Shown: in pieces, positions 1 through 10,975 of the stretch
How positions within the stretch are numbered: position 1 is the stretch's first letter
How the letters are laid out: each line of letters opens with the position of its first letter
Assembly: GCF_036321535.1 (NCBI RefSeq)
Contig: NC_087437.1
Location: 53,632,001 to 53,696,000 of the forward strand
Origin: Camelus dromedarius
Lineage: Eukaryota
DNA length: 64,000 nt
Direction: 5' to 3'
Made by a program: the position numbers and the translations under genes
Notes under the pieces: generated by a model
What the model was told of the DNA's origin: nothing
What the model saw: only the letters and a program-made list of their open reading frames with translations
The model's database searches: none

Positions 1-785
1 TATGGTAGATTCAACATTGTTGAGAGGGTTCTCTGGAGATCTTTGAAAATTTTCAGTATCATCTTCATTGTTACCAAGTTCTCATTTACTGACCAGAGCC
101 CTAGCTCACTTGACAGGTGAGGACCTCATGCACGTGCTGTCAGAGCACATAATCCCCCCACGGATGCAGCCATGCACAACTGAGGAGCTGAAGTGTGTTC
201 TGTCCCTTACTAATCATGAATGTGGAGCTGTAGGCATTTATACATCTATTAAAAGAAATTCATATTGAGTGTAAACTTTCCTTAATGTGGACTAGCAGCT
301 TGCCTTCTTTGGGAGCTGTAGTTCACAGGCAAACAGTTATTTCTTTCACATCCTGAGAGAGAAAGGGCTCAGAACTCCCTGCACCCTGGGTCTCAGGGTG
401 AGCTCTCTCACAGACTACAGGACTGGCTCCTGTCACCTTTCTGTTGCACATACATCCCAGCTGAGAAAACTCAGACTGTTTTGTGTCCAGGACCTTTGGG
501 GTTCTGAAATTGTCAAAATCCCAAATGTTGACTCTGTACATGCCAAAGGTCCACTGTAATGATGACAACCGTCCAGGGCTGCTAAAGGATTCAGTGAGAT
601 AACATGTCAAGTGTCTAGCATCCTTGGCATGCCTTGGGCTTGGAACTCCAGCACCGTTGGTTTCCCTTTTAACTGAAACTGCTTGCTTCTGTGATTAGGT
701 GGGTATGGCTGTGGCTGAGAGAGTGTCACAGTCCAACAAGATCAATGTTGAGTACAGGCATGGTCCTTAGATTCAGACAGCTCTA

Positions 786-917
786 GGGGGAGGGTGTAGT
801 GGTAGAGCATGCTTACCATGTACCAGGTCCTGGGTTCAATCCACATTATCTCCTCTAAACAAATAAATAAACCTAATTACCCACCCCCAACCAAAAAAAA
901 AAACAAAAAAAAAAAAA
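786..917 (+). mobile_element. tRNA-derived SINE (camelid Vic-1-like), degenerate, inserted in a MIR
   Basis: GGGGAGGGTGTAGTGGTAGAGCATGCTT...GGTCCTGGGTTCAATCC (A/B-box-like), AAATAAATAAACCTAATTACC body and A-tail; similar to the copies at 23968 and 41117. Confidence 0.8.
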
Positions 918-3900
918 CTGGGCAGCTCTGGGTTCAAGTCTTGGCGCTGCCACTCACTAGCAAAAGCCCCTTCATCCCTTTGAGAGTCAGCTTCCTCGTC
1001 TGTGCAGAGGGAGTGATAACAGTGCCGGCCTCAGAGGACAGTGGAGAGAGGGGTCTTGGGGGTGGGATTAGGGAGAGCTGAGGTCTGGCCTCTGAAGACA
1101 TATCCGAACCTGCCGACTGCCACCACAGGTGCAGATATAAAGTGGTCTTTGGGTATGTGAGGTGGGAGGGAGGGGGATGTAAGACACCCCAGAGAGCCGC
1201 CCTGCCTCCTAGGAGGGAATGACCAGGGGCCGAGAGCCCTGGCCTGGGGCCGCGCGAGTGCAGCGCGCTCTCCCCCAGGGGGTGGGTTCTCAGCCACGCA
1301 GGGTCATCTGGCGCCCAGTTCGGGTCATCGCTGGGAGGAAGGAACTGTGAAAGGCCCGCCTCCATGCAAGGGCTGTTAGTATTGACTCCCCCACTTCCCA
1401 CCCCAGCCACACAACAGACGGGAATTATTCACGCCTCCCCTTTGGGTGGGGAGCCCAGAGTTGATGACATTTGGTATGAAATTCCTGGAGACTTGACTGA
1501 AGCTGAGGTCCCACCACCCCACGTCCCCAGCAGCTCTGGGCCGTCACGGGACTCACGCCAGCGAGCTCCCTGGACTGTGGAAGAGCCCCTGCTAAGTAGG
1601 GACTGAGGATGCCTGAGCCCATGTGTTGACTCATTGGCCAGGTCCACCTGGGCTGAACTGGCATTGTCCCCTCTCCTCTCTTCCCCGGGAAGGCCTGATC
1701 CTTCTATTCTGCCTAAGACCACTCTCCTGTGAATGTCATATTCTTCAAAGCCTCTGTTCATGGTTACTGGTTCAGACCGATTAACTCACAATCTCCTGAG
1801 GAGAATATTAGGCATCTGTATTGTTTAAGTGCTCCCTAGGTGCAGTTAATGCTCAGGCAGGATGGAGAGACAGTGTTCTAAGTGGTTCCTTCGCCCACAC
1901 TGAACTTCAGGGCTGTGGGATGAGGGGTCGGGAGCTCCTCCAAGGACAGACTTGGTCAAACTCTTTCTCCTCTACATTGTCTTCCCTTTTCTCTTCACGT
2001 GGTAGCCCATTTGGCCTTGGGCTGGTCCTGGGAATGAGGTCAGTTTGCTAAGGTGAGAGGGATAGACAGCCATCACCCTGGGGACTTTAAGGAGAGGCCG
2101 ATCACGGTGGTGATTCTGGTGTGAAGGAACTCTGGCCCCGACTTCCTCCTGCCCAACAGGTCAAGCCACGTGGAAGAAAAAAAGCCACAGTCCCTAGCCT
2201 GAGAGTTTCTGCAGGAAATTATATTTAAGACAACATTAGCAGACATCGTTGTTCTCACTAAGGACTCAGGTCAAACTGGGCCTTGGAGAGATGTAGGTCA
2301 TCTGACCCTTGTTACCAAGGTTTAAGAGAAAGTTCTTCACCTTTGTTCTTTCAGGAGCTCTCTTCCCGTCCTCTGCTGTTGCCATTTGGTCCTCCTTTGC
2401 TCTTTAGCGCATGAGAGCTCTGGGCAGCTGAGCACCCTGCCTGGCTGTCACAGCCCCCCTGTTCTGTCCAGGGGGCACCTTTCTGATGTAACTGCTGCCC
2501 TGCTTTCAGCTGATGACGGGAGGGAGGCTTGTGTCTTTGATGTGGCAGGCAGTACAACTCTCGGTTTACGTTGCTGGTCTCCTAATTTTTAAGCACTGAG
2601 GAGCCAGATTATTCCAGATAAGCTTAGACTACAGCCTTAATTTTGTCTAGTTGGGTGCATTTGGGGGTAGTTTTTTAAAGCATCCTTCCATGTCTAGTCA
2701 ACAAGTAGAACCTGTTTTTTAGGAGGCCAGCTGGAATCAGAAAGTTATGATTGAATTGGGGTAAGTTTCAGGCCATGGATGAACCAGAATTCCTTGTCCA
2801 GGGTTTCCAGAGACCCACTAGACACTTTCAGTATTTCAAAAACTCAGATGCAAGAAACACATTTATCCCAACAAACCTGCACAGGTCAAGGGGATCATCG
2901 AGTTTCTTTGTATCAAGCTAAACTTGTATCACCTGATTGTAATAACAGTGACAATCTCAGCTGGTCAGCCTCTTATTGGTGGCAACATTTTTGTCTTTGA
3001 TAACAAGAACTCCAATTCTTAGTTAAATTTGGCTGACAACATCTTTGAAAACTTGGATCATAGCAGGAGGAAACAAATACAAGAGGTGCTTGATGTGGAG
3101 GAATTTAGGAATCGTTGGCTTTGACTAAATTAAGGGGAGCTTCTGCTTCACTGTGCTAACAAACGCTGGGAACAAAGAACTGTGTAGATGATGAAAAAGC
3201 TACAGCTGAGAATTCTGGTGAATTCTCAGAATTCTACTGAACACCAGTAGAAATAAATATAGAGAGTCTCTACTTAGTGGCTCTTTTAGTTACAGTAATG
3301 TTAGCTGTCACAACAGAGTCACTTCTTAAGCACTTTGCCCAGAAGTGACACATGTCATTTTTGCTCATATTTTATTGCTGATAACCAGTCAGATGGTCCT
3401 GGTCCCACCTAGTTGCAGGATGTGTGTGTGTATGTATGTATTCACATTTGTTGAAAAATGTAATTCCTGGCTGGGCCACCACTTTAAGCAACAACACTAT
3501 ATGGCAGAGAGAGCATGCTTTTGGTAGGGCGATCAGCCATCACCAATAGGAGGAAACAGGAAGAGGAGTCATTGCAGAGTTAAGTAGCAACTCAGGTGAC
3601 ACAAATTAAGTGTTTATGATCTTAGCGACATGGGAGTCCATTATGGGGAGGTTTCTGGAGGCCAGGACACACGGACGACTTCTTGGAGGCATTATGGTTG
3701 GCTGATGTACCTTCTGAGGGCAATGCAGTGTCAAGGTCTCTAGCAGGGACCAATGTTTTGGGCCCTAAAGTATGGATGAGGGTGAGGTTGGTGCACTGAG
3801 AGGTTAAGGAGGTGGCGATTGGGGCAGAGTAAAGAGGTGTCACTAGAAGGGCCGAGATAGTTCCTGGCAACAGTGGTTGACCTGGTAAAGCAGACAGACT

Positions 3901-4197
3901 CTTCAGGGCCATCTCAAGGGCCCAGAGAAGAGGAACATATGTTGGATAGGATGACCAAGCTCGTGGGTTAGAACAGGCTGGCTCACACCCCAGCCTGACT
4001 GTTTATAGCATCTTGAGCAAACGGCTTAAACTCTCTGGGCTTCAGTTTCTTCATTTATAAAAGAGGATAGTTAACACCCAACCCCACGGGGGTGGTGCTA
4101 AGAATTAAATTTAGTGACATAAAATGCTAGTGCCGAGGCAGAGTTCAGTAAATGGGATCCTGGGCCTTTCTCACTTGGATTGTTGCAATGGCCTCTT

Positions 4198-4321
4198 TTT
4201 AAAAAAAAAAAAAATTTGATTTTTATTTTAAAAATTTAAAAAATTCTTATTTTTATTTAAGTGTAGTCGATTTACAATGTTAGTTTCACATGTACAGCAA
4301 TATGTGTATAACTGAATCACT
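4198..4321 (-). mobile_element. Very short L1 3' end with inverted 5' piece, inserted in an L2 remnant
   Basis: TSD TTGCAATGGCCTCTT (4183-4197) / TTGCAATAGCCTCTT (4322-4336); L1 3'-terminal sequence. Confidence 0.75.
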
Positions 4322-5463
4322 TTGCAATAGCCTCTTGAAAGGCTTTCCTTTTTTAATTTTTTTTTTAACCTTCCCCAACCTACCACCTACCACTGTTGAT
4401 TCTCAGTGCAGCAGCCAGAATGACCCCTTTCAGGCATAAGTCAGCCGAGTCTCATTGAGAGTGAAAGCTAGAATCCTTACACATAAGACCCTGCGTGACC
4501 TGCCGCGTGTGTGAGCCGCATTGTGTGCTGCTCTCCTTGCCGTCTCTCCTCCAGGCCTCAGTGATGTTCCTGTTCTTGCAACAGGCAGGCTTGCCCCTGC
4601 CTAGGGATTTTCCTGTTCCCTCTGCCTGGAACCCTCTCCCCTCAAAAATTTGCACGAGCCCTCATTCACCTCCCTGCAGTCGTGGCTCAAATGCCTTCTC
4701 AGTGACGCTTTCTCTGCTGGTGCAATTTAAAATTGATCAGCCCTCCTCCGTCTTCCCTGCTTTAATTTTCTGCATAGCAGTTATCCCCTTACAGGGCACT
4801 GCAGATTTATTTATGTAGTTTTACCCTTTACTTACTCCTCACCGGAAGACATAGTCTTGGGGGTTAGGGATGTCTGTCTGCTTTCTGCACTGTCATATCT
4901 CCACTTTGACTCACAGTAGAAAAGAAGCATTTGCTCTCTGAATGAACCCATTGTGAGTGTCAGTGTGTGTTCTTACAGGCTTGGGGACCACAGCAGCTCG
5001 GAGGAGCTCGGGCCTTCCAGTTCGCTTCCCCACCCCAAACTCCCTCAGATGACCAGGACTTCACTTCTCTTAAATATAAAAACACTGGGAGAACCCTTGA
5101 GCTTGAAGCCCCTGAATCTCAGCAAGGCCTGGAATCTAACACTAAGTTCACGAGAAATGGAGAGCAGAGAGGAGTGAGTTAATACCCTGAGGAGGTTGTC
5201 AGCCCAATTCAGTCCATGGCCTGTTCCACAGGACAAGTGACTTAGTTTTTTTCAACAAATATTTTGTTTCTTTTTCATGATATATAAGGGAGTAGGGGAG
5301 CTGTTACAGATAAAAGAGAGTTAAGAGGGGCATATCATCTAAACAAAATGTGCCTGCCTTGTTTGGATCTTTATTTAAGAAATTTAGTGTAAAAGACATT
5401 TTTGAGAGAATTGGTAAAAGTTTGAAAGTGGAATGGATATTGGGTGACAATGGCAGTGTGGTT

Positions 5464-5519
5464 GTGTGTGTATGTGTGTGTGTATGTGTGTGTGTGTGTA
5501 TGTGTGTGTGTGTGTGTGT
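5464..5519. repeat. (TG)n microsatellite, interrupted
   Basis: tgtgtgtgtatgtgtg... run. Confidence 0.95.
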
Positions 5520-7259
5520 ATTCCCACATATTTTCTGGAAGAACCCAGCATGTGCAGGTGGGGCAATTAGTATTAGAGAGTTCAGCCCCACAGACACTGA
5601 TCTGAGGGCCCATGGTCTCAGTTCTCCCAAGGATGGTACATGGCTAACACTATTCTAGATGCCAGGGGGAAAATTAATTCATTACATAAATGGATGTCTT
5701 AAGACAGTAAGGCTTAATTTTTTCATGAAACCCCAGTTGCAAAGAGCTGGTGCAGGGAACTGATAGGAAGTCTGGCATTTGCTTTAAATGACTCCAGGAA
5801 AGAAAGGGGGTGGAGGAGAGAGGAAACCAGATTGGCAAAACGTCGGTAATCCTTGGAGCTGAGTTTTGAACACTGGGAGGTTCGATATGCTATTCTCTGT
5901 CCCTTTTTTGTATGTGTAAAAACTTTCCATACTGCAGACTTTTTTTCAAGATTAGGAGGAGGTGAAATAGTTTTTTTTTTTTTTGCTGAGGCCTATTTTC
6001 TCTTCTCTCTACCTCTCTGTGGGGTGTGGGGTGTGGAGGAAAGAGGGGTGGGCCTGTTGCTTGGGAGGAGCGTAGTGGTGATTCAACCCTCCTTAATAGG
6101 CCTGTTTTGTTCCTTCCTCCTCGGCTTACCCCCACCTGCGGAGTGGAGCAGACTGGTCTCAGTTGGTAAGATTGGGGGAGATGCCGGCTGGGGCTTCTGC
6201 TGCTTGTCCTGGGGAGAGGGTGTCATACAGAGAGGGAGCTGATGGAGTGTGAAGTGCCTGCTTTCTGCCAGGCACCTGTCAAATTGGAAGGCAAATATTA
6301 CTACCAATACATGTCTGCTAAAGGCACAAGGTTGAAGACAGTGGCAAATAGCCGGTGATTTTCCTCTGCCATGGCTCCGCTCATCCTGAGTTCAGAGCTC
6401 TCCTTACTTGTTCTGAGTGGCCAGGACCACTGCCCTATCTGTGGTGGGCACTCAGGACCTTCCCCCACTCTCCCCGCCCCTGCCAGAAAAAGTTCTGTTC
6501 TCCACGTTTTTTGATAACCTCAGGGTAATGTACTCCGCCGTTTCATAATCTTCTCCATCAGTGCCTGCCTCTTTGGGAAAAGATCTAATCTCTGTTAAGA
6601 GACCCTTTTTTTGCAGCCTGGGTCTGGAACAGTTGGGGCAGGCAGGAATGAAGGCCCCTTTATCTTCAGGACTTTGATCTGGGCAGGATTTCCCCCTCCC
6701 CACCGTTAGCCTGGCAGCCGGGCCGGTCCCCAGGTAAACACTTGTAAAGGCAGCTGCGAAGTCTCCTGGCTTCCTTTCACTCACTTCTTAGATTTGCCAA
6801 ATACAGGTTGGTTTCCGTTGCTTATTGTGTTTCTGACTTTTTCCTGTCCTTTTGAGTAAAATTGTGATTTGTCAGAAATGTGTTGACACAACTCTTAGTG
6901 TTTTGACCTCTGCTGGCTCCCGCCCATAGAGCCCAGCGGCCAGGAGCTGGGGGGCCATGAGCGGCAGCAGCCTGCACTGCCTTTGCCCGCAACCGTGGGG
7001 CGTCAGCCAGCAGCACCCCCGAAGCACGACCGCTGCTGCAGGGGTGAAGTGAGCTTTGCCCGGTTACAGGAGATCTCCTGTGCATAAATCATTTAGCATG
7101 TGGTAAAAGGGCCATAATTCTTAGCCAAAACAGTGATGAAGTCTGTTGTTAAATTGTCAGCACACCCCTCAATTACTATACTTTTCCCATCCTGGATCTT
7201 GATAAGACTTTCTCATACTAGCACTGCAGATCTCACTTCGAGTAACATTGTCCTAAGCT

Positions 7260-7420
7260 CCGTGTTTCTCAGAGCATGGTGCATCGATGGGACCACTTGG
7301 GTCAGAATCACCTGGGGTGCTAAATGCAGGATTCTGAGCCCCATCCCAGACTGCTTGGATCAGAATGACTGAGGTCGAATTCAGGAATCTGCACTTTAAC
7401 AAGTAATTTTAATAATGTGC
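7260..7420. mobile_element. hAT-Charlie MITE (MER5-like)
   Basis: TCAGAATCACCTGGGG...AAATGCAGGATTCTGAGCCCCATCCCAGAC...AGGAATCTGCACTTTAACAAG. Confidence 0.75.
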
Positions 7421-7689
7421 TCTGAATCTGATCATCATCCTTCTGTGCAATGCTGCCTCCCCTCTACAGATTGGAGATGATAGAGTAAATAGCAAAGTGA
7501 GTGCAGTGTTTTATTCTACTGTCTCCCAATCCCAGCCCTACTGTTTTGTCTTTGTTTCCAATTATTAGGGACTTCCTTTCTGTAGAAACTCACGGATGGA
7601 ACCTGCTGCCCGAACTCATTTTAGTGCCCGTCAACAAACATGTTTTGAATGCAAACTACAGACTGGGTAGAGGGGAAACAGACCACAGG

Positions 7690-9900
7690 GTGCCCACATC
7701 CAGCAGAGAGCAAGTGTCGCTGGAGCAAAGTCCAGAGCCTGGGGGGCGCTGTAGTGTGTGGAGGTGGGAGAAATGAAGACGGACCAGTCACAGAGGCTAC
7801 TGAGACGGAGTGACCAGTAAGGTAGACAAAACCCAGAAAAATATAGGTTTTGGAAGCCAGAAGGAGGAGACGACCAACTGTGCAAAATGCGGCTGGGGGG
7901 CTGAATGAGATAGACTGAACACTGACCGTCTGACTGGCAATATGGAGGCCACGGTGGTCTCTGGGGGCATGGCAAGAGCAGCTTCGTGGAGGTGGAGGCG
8001 GCCTGATGGAATGGGTTCAAGTGAGAGAGATCGGGAACAGTGACTCTAGACTGTTCTTTCAAGGAGTTTTACTTTAAAGGAAAGAAGAAGGGCAGGGGCT
8101 GGAAAGTGAAATGAGGTCAAGAGATTTTGTGGGAGGGACAGGAAAATGGAGCTTACTTAGAGCTCATGCAATGGCTTAATATTTGACTTCATAATGTCAT
8201 TTATCTTTTTCAGTTAATCCCTTCAGTAGAAAAGAAACATGGTCTACCATAACCGTTTTCTTCAAGCTCTTCAAGCTCCCCCAATTCCAAATGATACTGT
8301 CTAAGAAGAGTCTACAGATCACTCTTGTTCCTTACGTAGCTTAATTTGAACATATTTGGAAAAATTACATTGCATTTTTTCGTATTTGCTTTATTTTCTG
8401 GCTGAAGTATTTTAAAGTAGATTTCATCTCTACTTCACATGCATAGGACTTTTTTTTTTAACATAACCACATATATGATCATAATATAATAATAGGCCTA
8501 ACAAAACTAACAATGATTTCTTAATATTGCATAATACCCAGTCTATATTCAAATATCCCCATTTGTCCCCAGTGCTGTTTTGTTCATACTAAAGGTCTGC
8601 AGACTGCATGTGATTGTTTTGTCTTTTAAGCCGTTTGTTTTTCATGCCCACTGACTTGTTGATGAAACGAGTTCAGTTGTTCCGTAGAATGTCCCACTTT
8701 CTGGATTTACCCGATAACTTACGGTGTCTTTTAACTTGTTCTTCTTTCTCCTTTATTTCCTAAAAACTGGAATTGCTTATAAAGACTTGATCAGATGCAG
8801 GTTAAACAGTTTGGGCAAGAAGTTTTCATAGGTGATGCTGTGTCCTTCACATTGTCTCCCATCAGAAGGCAAAAACTGTCTAGGTGTCCCATTGTGAGTG
8901 ATGCTAAGACTGATCACGGTCCGGTGGTGGCTGCCTCAATGAAGAGAGGTTTCCTTTTTTTAAGATAGGAGAAATAATAGCATGACTATATGCTGATGAG
9001 CATGATCTTTGAGAGACAAATACCTATTGAAGTAAAAAGGATTTTAAAAGAATGTCCTTAAGTAGATAAGAGTGTGCAGGATCTAGTGGATTAATGTTGG
9101 ATATTGCAAGTGTTGGGTGCAGCCAATTTACTTGCAGTAACAAGATCATTTGGGCATAAATGTAGGTATGGTGGATAGCTGTGGCACAAAGGCATGCATG
9201 TGGAAATCCTATTCTGGTAGCTTCCTTTTTTCTCTGTGAATAAGTAGCAAGTTCATCAGGGGAGGGTAAGGATAAGAAGGAGTTTTCAAGGGGAGGAAGC
9301 CATATAGTCCTCTAGGAGAGTAATAGAGGAACTGTCTGGAAAAATAGCCTATGATTGCTTGAAGCATTAAGGAGCTACTTGCAGTTCGTGATCATGAACT
9401 TGAAGTGAAGTCAGTGAGCATCATTGTATGATACTCTCTAGCCATGTTCAGCTGCATGCTGGCAGGTGTGGAGGAGGACAGAGTTGGATTTAACCAGAAT
9501 GGGGGTTTCCCCAATCCTGTGTGATAAGAGAGGTCAATTGAGTGATTGACCACGGAATTTAAGCTGGACAGGAAGGGAAGGGGGTATGAAGGAAGCGAGA
9601 GACAGTGAGATGGTGGTAGAACGTTGTTGGACTAAGCTGCAGAGGTGGGAGTCATGGTGAGGAAATGACAAGATCAAAGACAGGACCTTGTTACCGAGGT
9701 CACAATCATCGGAGTAGAGGAGATCAAAGAACTGAGAGACCAGGGGACTAGAATAAGTCTGTAAGTGGATGGAAATATCACCAAGAGTTACGACAGCAAT
9801 AGTGTTGGAGAGAATGATAGTGAGCCAGGAGCTCGAGCATTCAAGGAATGAAGAGCGTCCTGGGTGGAGGAGAAGATGCAACAAGGCAGGCAGGAGGTGG
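7690..9900. mobile_element. Ancient L2 fragments interrupted by an old L1M piece (~8330-8935)
   Basis: Purine-rich L2-type tracts (GTGGAGGTGG...GGGTTCAAGTGAG...TTCAAGGAGTTTT; GGATGGAAATATCACCAAGAG). Confidence 0.55.
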
Positions 9901-10589
9901 TATGGCCCGCACAGGGCTGCTGCCGGGATGAAGTGAGGGGGTGCACGTGAAGTTCCCACCAGCACTGAGCACAGGCTCAGCAAGCGTTCTTGGTTTTCAT
10001 TCTGAGTCTGCGGCTCCAGAGAGCAGAGCTTAAATCACTGGGTTTATTTTCACAGGGATGTTGATTAATTTTCATTTTAAGACCTTTCTTCTTAAGAGGC
10101 ATGCTGCTCACACAGCCACATGTGACCTGGGGAGGTGATGAATTTCTCGTTGCTCAGTGTATCCAACAGACAGAATGAACTTCTGGAGTGACAGTGCCGT
10201 CTGGGGGACTCCAGTAATGGAAGGTGATGGCTGGGTGGGTGGTGGGGGTGACTGTAACAAGTGAAGGATGTTGGGAGTGGGGAGGGGTGGTGTTGGAGCT
10301 AACTTCATTCATTCATTCAAATGTGATTGGGCACTTCCCGGTTATGGCACCAAGCCTGGCTAGATGCAAGGGACGAGAGATAAATCTTAAAGGCTGGGAC
10401 AGACCTGCAAACAAGTAAACATCATGGAGTCTGAGGAGAGCACAGGCCTGGCAGAGTCATGATGATCTCTTCAGAGTCCGGGGCACTTGAGCTGGTATCA
10501 GAGGCTGAGTGGTCCTGGCCGTGTGTGAGCAGGGCGGGAGAGGACATTTCATACAGAAGGAACTTTATGTGCAGGCTGCAGATGTATGA

Positions 10590-10975
10590 GAGAGCATGGG
10601 GCATTTGGAATGCCACAGCTGAGTTACTCTGGGCAAATTACTCATCTTCCTTGTCTCGGTCTCCGCATTTGTAAAATGCAGATAGTAATAGTATCCATAC
10701 AGAGGATGGTGAGAAGTAAATGAAGTGAAGTGGATGGTGTTTGTCACTGGCCATATTGCAGTCCCTTTGGATGTATTATCTAACTTGATTATTTAAATAA
10801 TCCCATGAGATAGGCTCCATTACTATTATTCCCATTTTACAGATAAAGAAGCTGAGTCCCTGGGGTTTGAATAGCTTGCCCAAGGTCATGGAACTGGTGA
10901 GGGGCAGAGTTTGGACTCTTGCCCAGCTCAGTCTTATTTCAGAATTCTCAGTCTTAACCACTAAACTACCCTCAG
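10590..10975. mobile_element. Two oppositely oriented MIR remnants (representative; further MIRs at ~3960-4155, 15575-15790, 18620-18800, 19100-19340, 22770-22990, 30060-30200, 31680-31880, 42380-42610, 46480-46600)
   Basis: MIR core TTATTCCCATTTTACAGATAAAGAAGCTGAG...CTTGCCCAAGGTCA and its reverse complement. Confidence 0.65.

Noticed and set aside
934..1761. Cluster of long ORFs on both strands
   Set aside because: Expected in GC-rich DNA; low-complexity Pro/Gly/Ser products with no recognisable domain, partly overlapping a MIR.
5304..5658. Overlapping ORFs with HT/CV repeats
   Set aside because: Artefacts of the (TG)n microsatellite.
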